DNA from: Mobula birostris
Lineage: Eukaryota
NCBI RefSeq assembly: GCF_030028105.1
Contig: NC_092377.1
Coordinates: forward strand, 3,601,079 to 3,665,078
Direction of reading: 5' to 3'
DNA: 64,000 nucleotides
Shown here piece by piece: positions 54,601 to 64,000 of this stretch (within the stretch, counting starts at the first letter, position 1; each line of letters opens with the position of its first letter). The position numbers were made by a program, and so were the translations under genes. The notes beneath the pieces are model-generated. The model ran no database searches. It was not told the DNA's origin and saw nothing but the letters and a program-made list of their open reading frames with translations.

Positions 54601-56519
54601 CATAAATTGGCCTGTTATGTGGATGACATTTTGATCTACCTAGGGCAACCAACATACTCTTTACCGAAACTGATGCAATCCTTTGAACAATATGGCCAAT
54701 TATCAGGATACAAGATCAACGTAGATAAAATCCGACTACTTTCATATAACTATAGCCCACCAAGAGAAATTGAAAGTAGATATCCTTGGGCATGGCAAAC
54801 AGTCTGTCAAATATTTGGGCATCATTATGCCAAAAGATTTGGCAAAATTATCAGAATGCAATTATCAGCCGATATATAAAAAAATTAAGGAAGATATAAC
54901 GAGATGGAACCTAGTTCTTTCTCTGGTTCTCAGTTCAAGGATTGAATCCATTAAAATGAATATACTACCCAGACTACTATATCTTTTTCAGATCCTACCA
55001 ATAGAGGAGATTAACCAAAATCAATTCAATGAATGGAACAAGATGCTATCAAGATATATATGGCAAGGTAAAAAGCCCAGGGTTCATCTCAAAACTTTGC
55101 AATTAGCCAAGGAAAAGGGCTACCTTCTCTTAGAGATTATTATTTTGCAGCACAGTTGAGAGCTCTGATATGCTGGTGCAATCCATCGTATGACGCTCAA
55201 TGGAAAAACATTGAGGAGAAGATACTTTCCATCCCCATACAGGCAATTTTGGCTGATAACAACCTACAAAGTTACATAAATACTATTGATAACCTGTGGG
55301 TGAAATGGACTCTTAAAATATGGAAAACTATTATAAAAGACTAGAGAGAGACATTGCAATTCTTAAATGGTGTGCATATGACTTGGATTTTACGCCAAAT
55401 AAACTGGGTGCTGGATTTAAGGACTGGACAGCTAAAGGAATAACAGTTATTTGCAATATAATGAAAGAAGGAACACTGTTCAGTTTTGAAATGCTCAAAG
55501 AGAAACACTTATTAGAAAAACAAGACTTTTATCGGTATTTACAGATGTGACAGTATGTTAATAGGATGGTTAAAAATGTAACCAAGGCAAGTACATGTCT
55601 GATAGAGCTAACTAGAAAAGCATATAACTCAGGCAATGGTAGTAGAACAATTTCAAGCGTGTATAAGGGTTTGTCAAATCTTAAAACACATTCGACTTCA
55701 TACATTAAAACAAAATGGGAGAAGGAAGGAGGGATAATAATATCTGAGGAAGACTGGACAATAATATGGAGGTATCAATGGAAGTGTACCAGTTCACAGA
55801 AATGGAGGGAGTTTGGATGGAAAAACTTGATAAGATATTTTATTACACCCTCTCAGAAATCCTATTATGATAGTAACCTCCCTGTTTGCTGGAGAAATTG
55901 TGGAAATCAAAATGCAAACTATTATCATATTTTCTGGGAATGCCCCGTTATCAAAGACTATTGGAGTGGGATACATAATGTCCTACAAGACATCTTTAAA
56001 TGTGAAATACCCTTCGAGAGTAGGACCATATATTTTGGGTATATACCTCAAGAATGTTTGAAAAGAGAAAAATATACTGCTGGTGGCTGGTAAAAAGACC
56101 CTTACCAGGAAATGATTATCGCAGGAGAGCACAACTTTAAATGCATGGATGGAAATTACAATGGACATTTACAAAATGGAGAAGATAACAGTACCTGTTA
56201 ATCAGAAGTTGGAACAATGTGATTCATACTGGGAAAAATGGTTCAACTACATTTTTACATAACGCCTTATAGGCCTGATTTTATTCTCACAAGTCAATGA
56301 ATATGTTGCAAAAAAAAAAGATCACTCCCTACTTTGTACATAGTTTTCATCTTATGATTGTTCTTTCTTTCCTCTCCTTTCTATAAGTGTATACCTCAGA
56401 TAAATATTATGTGGAGATTTGTGACAAATATGATATATATGTACAGTATCTGAAATACATCTTATGGAAATGTTTGTTTGATGATGAACTTCAATAAAAA
56501 ATAAATTACAAAAAAAATG

Positions 56520-57636
56520 CAAAGATATTGCAATCAGACTGTTAGGAAGGACAGAGAGCAACTAAAAATCATTAGAAGGGAAAAGATGAAATATGAAAAC
56601 AAGCTGGCAAATAATATCAGAGTGGATAGTAAAAGTTTTTTCAAGTTTGTTAAAAATAAAAGAGGAATGAGAGTGGACATAGGACCACTAGAAAATGAGG
56701 CAGGAGAAATAATAATGGGGTATAAGGAGATGACAGATGAACTAAATGAGTATTTTGCATCAGTCTTCACTGTGGAAGACTCTAGAAATATGCCAGATGT
56801 TGAAGGGTGTGAGAGAAAAGAATTGAGTGCAGTCACTATTACAAGAGAGAAGGTGCTCAGGTTCATAAGTCACCAGAACCAGATGAACTGCACCCTAGGG
56901 CTCTGAAAGAGGAAGCAGTAGAGATTGTGGAGGTATTAGTAATGATCTTACAAGAATCATTGGACTCTGACAGAGTTCTGGAGGACTGGAAAATTGCAAA
57001 TGTCACTCCTCTCTTTACAAAAGGAGAGAGGCAGCAGAAAGGAAATTACAGACCAGTTAGCCTGACCTCAGTGGTTGGGAGTCAATTGTTAAGGTTGAGG
57101 CTATGGAGTACTTGGTGACACAGGAAAAGATAGGACAAAGTCAGCTTGGTTTCCTTCAGGGAAAATCTTGCTTGACAAACCTGTTGGAATTCTTTGAGGA
57201 GATTACAAGTAGGATAGATAAAGGGGATGTAGTGGATGTTGTATATTTGGACTACCAGAAGGCCTTTGACAAGGTGTCACACATGAGGCTGCTTACCAAG
57301 TTAAGAGCCCATGGTATTACAGGAAAGTTACTAACATGGTTAGAGCATTGGCTGATTGGTAGGAGGCAGTGAGCGGGAATAAAAGGATCCTTTTCGATTG
57401 GCTGCCAGTGACTAGTGGTATTCTGCAGGGATTGGTTTTGGGACCACTTCCTTTTATGCTGTATATAAATGGTTTAGAGCATGGAACAGATAACCCTGTT
57501 GCCAAATTTGCAGACGATACAAAGATTTGTGGAGGGGCAGGAAGTGTGGAAGAAACAGGAAGGCTGCATAAAGATTTAGACAGATTAGAAAAATGGGCAA
57601 GAGAGTGGCAAATGAAATACAATGTTGGAAAGTGCA
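56520..57636 (+). mobile_element. CR1 RT fragment
   Basis: DIGPLENEAG, DYQKAFDKV and FADDTK motifs. Confidence 0.85.
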
Positions 57637-60600
57637 GACTCCTCCTACTGGCATTGCATGGAGCAGACGTGTTTCTCGAATGGCTCCGTTCTTTTTAAAT
57701 TACTGAATCCAATCTGCTTCAAAAACTTACTCTTGCAGTATTATGATGTCTCATGCTAAAACTTCTAAAAAAGAAGAGGATTCTGCTGTGAATATGGAAG
57801 CTATTGAGGAGCTAATTCGGAAAGCTCAGGGCAAAACGTCTGAACAACTTTCGGATGTGTATTTAAAAGTTACCACAGAGATTAAACAAATGGAGATTCT
57901 GCTGCAGACTATTCAAAAAACTTTACAGGAACATATTACTCAGATTCAAGAACATGAAGATGCTTTAACGAGATTGGATACTAAGACGGATGAGTTGGAA
58001 AAGTTTGGAGATAAACAATCAAAAATCATTGAATCTTTAAGACAAAAGACTGTCACCTTGGAGAATAGATCAAGAAGGAACAATATATGAATTTTGGGTC
58101 TTCCTGAGTTGGTTGAAGGCAATCGACCTTCAGAATTTTTTGCAAAGCTGTTGGCTCATTTGATTTCTGATGTTTTGGATACTCCACCAAGAATAGACCG
58201 GGCACACCAAGTCCCAGTGTTTAGACCCTCTTCTCAACAAAAACCTCGACCTGTGATATTTGCTTTTCATGACTTCCAAACTATAATTTGCCAATCTCGT
58301 CAGTTAGGTATGATTAACTTCGAAGATTATAAGATAAGGCTGGTCGAAGATTATTCACCTGAGGTATTAAATGAATGTTTTAAGTATAAACAGATCATGG
58401 CGGAGTTATATAACAAAGGCTTTAAACCTTCACTAAATTACCCCGCTTGCCTCAGGATCATTTTGAAAAATGGATCTTCTAAGTGGATTCTTTCGATCAA
58501 GGAAGTGCACGATTTTCTTCAGGCCAAATCAAGTCTAGAAGACTAATTGTTTAGTATTGTATCATATAAACTACACTTCCTTAGCTTGACTGATTCTTTG
58601 TTGTTGGAAGCTTGCAATCTAATGGGTTAGTACGTCTTTCCTTTGAACAATTTTGTCTTCTATTCTTGTATACTCTTATAATTAGTTTCTGTTCTTATCA
58701 TATTTTCTTTGCTGAGTTGTTTTTTCAGCATGATGTTTTGAACTCTTCTTTAGCTCTTTTGAATAAGATTTAGTCTATCAACTCCAGAAGTTTAAATGTT
58801 TATTTCTGCATCATATAACCTTGTCCCCTCAGTTTGACTGATCACTTCTTTGCAATTTTGCAGTTTACTTGTTTATTACTTTTTCCTTTGAACAATTACT
58901 TTTTTTTGATATATTTTCATAAATAATCCTTCTTTTTCTCCTCTTTTTTATTTTTTCTGTTTAGAAAATTAATAGACTTAACTACAGTAAGTTCTCTTTG
59001 TGATTATTTTTTGCAAACATTATGTTTTGAATTTTTTTTTAGTTCTTTTGAAAGTTATTTAGTCCAGGTTGGAATTCATTCTGTACTAATCTTTTCTTTT
59101 CTTGGAGCTCTGCCAGTAGGATGTCAGGGGTGGGATTTATCAGTAGATTAGCTTTCGCCCTCTCTTGGGTGATTTTTTTCCTTTGGGAGGGGGTGGGCGG
59201 GTGAGGACCGTTTTTTCTCTTTTTCCTTTTTATCAGCTGTTTGGTTATCCCCGCCTCATCTATTGCTTGCTGAAGTATTTTGAATGTTAAGGTTTGGATT
59301 TTTGGTATATTAGAGTGGTTTATATGTTTAACCTCTGTTTTAAACATATTTAAATGGTATACAGTATTAATTTTCTTAGTTTAAATGTGAAAGGTTTAAA
59401 CCACCCTGTGAAACGCAATAAGATTTTTAGCTATATTAAGAAATTGAATGCCTCAGTTTTTTTTTACAAGAGATACATGTTCACAGATCTGACTGTAGGC
59501 ATTTGTTCAAACGTTGAAATGGTCCAGCTTTTCATTCTTCCTTTCAAGCCAAGGCCAGGGGTACATTGATGTTGATTGACAATTCAGTTGCTTTTGTTCA
59601 ACATGATGTAATGCCTGACCCCAATGGGTGGTTTGTTATAGTCTCAGGGGAACTAGATAACAAACTAATGGTTTTTGCTAATCGCTCTGCCCTGAATATA
59701 GATGATCCCGGCTTTTTTGAATGTTTTTTTTCTTTTTTACCAGTTTTACCATTCCTTTTTTTCTCACGTTCATCATAACTATTCCAGGGTTGATTATTTT
59801 TTTGTCGATAGTCATTTGATACCCTCTGTTCGATCCTGTGATTAGAAAGAAATTGCTGTTTCAGATCATGCCCCTGTTTTTTATTTTTAAATCTTCCAGG
59901 TGTCTCTCGATCAAACAGATTTTGGTGTTTTAATCCAATTTTACTATCAGATAAGGCTTTTAAAAAATTTTTAGAGAGTCAAATTACTTTTTTCTTTGAA
60001 GAGAATACGCTAGATGGCACTTCTAGCCTTATTATTTGGGATGCTTTCAAGGCTTATATTAGAGGCCAAATTATTTCCTATACAGCAAGTATTAAGAAAA
60101 AAGCTAATAAGGAGAGAACTGATTTAGCCAATCAGCTGAAACATTCAGATCAAAAATATGCTTCTGATCTGGATTCCGTCTTATATAAAAGATGTGTGGA
60201 AGTTAAAACTATATATGATCTGTTCTTAACTTACCCTGTTGAAACTCAGCGTTTAAAAGATAAAAGTCAATTTTATGTTCGTGGTGATAAAACAGGCAAA
60301 TTTTTGGCTAATCAACTTAAAACTTTAATAGTTAGATGTCAAATTAAGGAAATCTCCAAAGCGAATTGTGATATAACCTCTGATCAATTAGAAATAAATG
60401 ATACTTTTACTCTAAACTGTTTATCTCCGATTCCCCTAAAGCCAATTTTGCTATGAATAATTTTCTAGATCATTTAAACATTCCCTCACTTTCTGAGGTT
60501 AACCAAAAATGGTTAGATCAACATTTTTTTTCTGAGGAAGGTGCCCGGATTGTCTATTCTCTGAGCTCGGGGAAGGCTCCCGGTCCTGATGGATTTTCTG

Positions 60601-63600
60601 GAGAGTTCTATAAGGATTTTGCTCCTTTGCTTATTCCTCACTTACTTTCTGTCCTTTCTGACTCTTTTAAATTAGGCAGGTTGCCACAAACTTTTTATAA
60701 CGCTTCTATTTCACTTATTCTCGAAAAGAATAAAGATCCAACTGATTGCTCTTCCTACAGACCTCTTTCTTTACTTAATGTTGACGCTAAAATTTTATTT
60801 AAACTTTTGGTTCATAGGATGGAAAACATTTTGCCTTCTATTATCTCTGGTGACCAGACCAGATTTATTAAAAATTGTTATTCTCATTTTAACATTCGTC
60901 GTTTACTGAATGTTATTTATTCTCCCTCTAAAGAAACTTCAGAATGCGTGATTTCTTCAGGTGCTGAGAAAGCCTTTGACCAGGTTGAATGGAATTATTT
61001 ATTTAAAATATTAGAAACATTTAACTTTGGCTCCAATTTTATTCAATGGACTAAATTACTTTATTCATCTCCCACTGCACAGGTTTTTACTAACTCTCAG
61101 AGTTCCAAACCATTTAATCTCCAATATGGAACCAGACAAGGATGTCCTCTGAGTCCTTTGCTTTTTGATTTGGCTTTAGAGCCTTTAGCCATCACGTTTC
61201 GTGAATCTGTTGACATCTCGGGTATTTTAAGCAGGGGTATCACTCATAAGCTGTTGCTTTATGCTGATGACCTTTTGCTCTACATCTCTAATGTGGAATC
61301 CTCTCTACCCTCAATACTCTCTTTACTTTCTGAATTTAGTCAGTTCTCAGGATATAAACCTAATCTTCATAAGAGTGAACTTTTTCCTTTGAATAATTTG
61401 GTATCAGTCAACTCTGACCTTCCTTTTAAAATTGTAAGAAATCAGTTTACTTATTTAAGTATAACAATTACTGGGAATTATAAATTTCTTTTTGAAGAAA
61501 GCTTTATCACTCTTTTGGAGTATGTTAAGAAGGTACTATCAAATTGGTCTCCCCTTTCTTTATCGCTGATTGGACGTATCAATTCTATTAAAATGAGTAT
61601 TTTGCCTAAGTTTTTATATTTATTTCAAGCCCTACCTGTTTTTATTCCTAAATCCTTTTTTGACTCTTTAGACTCAATGGAAAATAGACAATAGACAATA
61701 GACAATAGGTGCAGGAGTAGGCCATCCGGCCCTTCGAGCCAGCACCGCCATTCACTGTGATCATGGCTGATCATCCACAATCAGTATCCAGTTCCTGCCT
61801 TATCCCCATAACCTTTGAGTCCGCTATCTTTAAGAGCTCTATCCATCTCTTTCTTGAAAGCATCCAGAGACTTGGCCTCCACAGCCTTCTGGGGCAGAGC
61901 ATTCCATATATCCACCACTCTCTGGGTGAAAAAGTTTTTCCTCAACTCCGTTCTAAATGGCCTACCCCTTATTCTTAAACAGTGGCCTCTGGTTCTGGAC
62001 TCACCCATCAGCGGGAACATGCTTCCTGCCTCTAGCGTGTCCAATCTCTTAATAATCTTTTATCTTTCAATAAGATCTCCTCTCAGCCTTCTAAATTCCA
62101 GAGTATACAAGCCCAGTCACTCCAATCTTTTGACATATGACAGTCCCACCATCCTGGGAATTAACCTTGTGAACCTATGCTGCACTCCCTCAATAGCAAG
62201 AATGTCCTTCCTCAAATTTGGAGACCAAAACTGCACACAGTACTCCAGGTGTGGTCTCACCAGGGCCCTGTACAGCTGCAGAAGGACCTCTTTGCTCTTA
62301 TACTTAATTCCCCTTGTTATGAAGGTCAGCATGCCATTAGCTTTCTTCACTGCCTGCTGTACTTGCATGCTTGCTTTCAGTGACTGATGTACAAGAACAC
62401 CTAGATCTCGTTGTGCTTCCCCTTTTCCTAACTTGACTCCATTTAGATAATAATCTGCCTTCCCATTCTTCTTACCACCAAAGTGGATAACCTCACATTT
62501 ATCCACATTAAGCTGCATCTGCCCACTCACCCAGCCTGTCCAAGTCACCCTGCATTCTGATAACGTCCTCCTCACATTTTACACTGACACCCAGCTTTGT
62601 GTCATCAGCAAATTTGCTAATGTTACTTTTAATTCCCTCATCTAAATCATTAATATATATTGTAAACAGCTGCGGTCCCAGCACTGAACTCTGCGGTACC
62701 CCACTAATCACCGCCTGCCATTCCGAAAGGGACCCGTTAATCACTACTCTTTGTTTCCTGTCTGCCAACCAATTTTCTATCCATGTCAGTACTCTGCCCC
62801 CAATACCATGTGCCCTAATTTTGCCCACTAATCTCCTATGTGGGACTTTATCAAAGGCTTTCTGAAAGTCCAGGTACACTACATCCACTGGCTCTCCCTT
62901 GTCCATTTTCATAGTTACATCCTCAAAAAATTACAGAAGATTAGTCAAGCACGGTTTCCCCTTCATAAGTCCATGCTGACTCGGACCAATCCTGTTACTG
63001 CTATCCAGATGTGTTGTAATTTCATCTTTTACAATTGACTCCAGCATCTTTCCCACCGATTATACCTTCTTACTTATGGAAGAATAAAACCCCCTGATTA
63101 AACAAATTTCATCTTCAGGAAACTGGAAAAAATGGGGGTTTAGCCCCACCCAATTTTAGGTTTTACTAATGGGCAGTCAACATATGCTACCTTATGTTTT
63201 GCTTATTCTATATTAATCGTGAAGACTGTCCGGTTTGGGTTTCTTCAGAAGTTAATTCTGTTAATCAATTTTCTATTATTTCTCTTCTTGGTTCTTCAAT
63301 TCCTCTGTCCTTAAGTAATTTAACTGATGACTATGTAGTTAAACATTTTTTGAGGAGTTGGTTACAACTTAGAAAATTCTTTGAGTTATTTGGTTTTTCA
63401 CTCTCTTGTCCCATTGTATTACTGTAAATGTTTTCAGGATCTGTTTGTTGGAGATAGTCTTTCCTCATTTTATCAATTATCTATTAACTATAATCTTCTT
63501 AAAGCTTGCTTTTTTAGATATTTACAAGTTAGAGACTTCTTGCGTTCTCAACTTCATACATTTCCTAAATGTCCAGATAAGAATTTAATTGATACAATTT

Positions 63601-64000
63601 TTACTCTGAAACTATTTCATAATGGATCTATTTCTAATATTTATAGTATGTTGTTGGCAATGGGAAACATTAGACAAAATTAAAAACCTCTGGGAACAAG
63701 ACCTACAGATTTCAATTGATGAGAATGTTTGGAATGAAAATTTTAAACTTGTTCACACCTCTTCATTATGTGCACGTCACTCTCTTTTACAGTTTAAAGT
63801 GGTTCATAGAGCCTATATGACTAAAGATAAGCTCTCTCATTTTTACTCAGATTTTTCTCCATGCTGTAATAGGTGTAATATCGAAGGGGCCTCACTAATT
63901 CATGTTCTGGTCTTGCCCGCGGCTTGATAAATTTTGGAAAGAAGTATTTCAAACTTTCTCGGAGCTTTTTAAAGTAAACTTTAAACCCAACCGTCTGACT
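57637..64000 (+). mobile_element. Second L1 family, near full length (5'UTR, ORF1 57743-58546 with one in-frame stop, ORF2 from 59354), runs off the window
   Basis: ORF1 coiled coil, LENRSRRNNI and RIDRAH; ORF2 INFLSLNVKGLN, GKAPGPDG, GTRQGCPLSP and YADD. Confidence 0.92.
61679..63058 (-). mobile_element. CR1 inserted in the second L1
   Basis: (ATAGACA)n tail on the plus strand, CR1 RT ORFs. The host frame rejoins as FFDSLDS|IIPSYLWKNK. Confidence 0.9.

Larger units (their letters stand above)
48889..56518 (+). mobile_element. L1 LINE, 5'-truncated in ORF1, with nested insertions
   Basis: ORF1 end DYPPAVLQKRKEY..YPAKL; ORF2 start MAKDNVKFISFNVNG at about 51042; [10 protein letters not shown] and YVDD; C-terminal CWRNCG..HIFWEC; AATAAA and poly(A) at about 56494-56518. 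Confidence 0.92.

Noticed and set aside
1-64000. CRISPR arrays, rRNA or true tRNA genes
   Set aside because: The tandem repeats lack unique spacers, and the tRNA-like A/B boxes belong to SINE heads without a full cloverleaf.

Overview
A vertebrate genomic window, most likely from a cartilaginous fish (inferred from the CR1, V-SINE and Penelope repeat families and the Ig-type exons). Most of it is nested retroelements: CR1, L1, Rex1/Babar, Penelope, R4, V-SINEs, solo LTRs and one hAT-Charlie element. One spliced gene is hidden among them on the minus strand, and the ORF track shows only fragments of it. I assembled it by hand from GT-AG junctions whose phases all match: four tandem germline-joined VJ-type Ig exons (48328-48675, 41052-41396, 38941-39288, 32270-32614), an uncharged transmembrane exon (28968-29112) and three cytoplasmic exons (20742-20785, 18516-18559, 16412-16525). 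The tail carries TVYATV, IFYADI and TEYAVI (ITSM-ITIM-ITSM). The product is about 577 aa plus a leader: a non-rearranging, antigen-receptor-like inhibitory immune receptor with an (A-B)x2 ectodomain. No separate leader exon was found in the window. Penelope fragments carry minimal hammerhead ribozyme motifs, one with an intact core. All coordinates were read by eye; no database searches were run.
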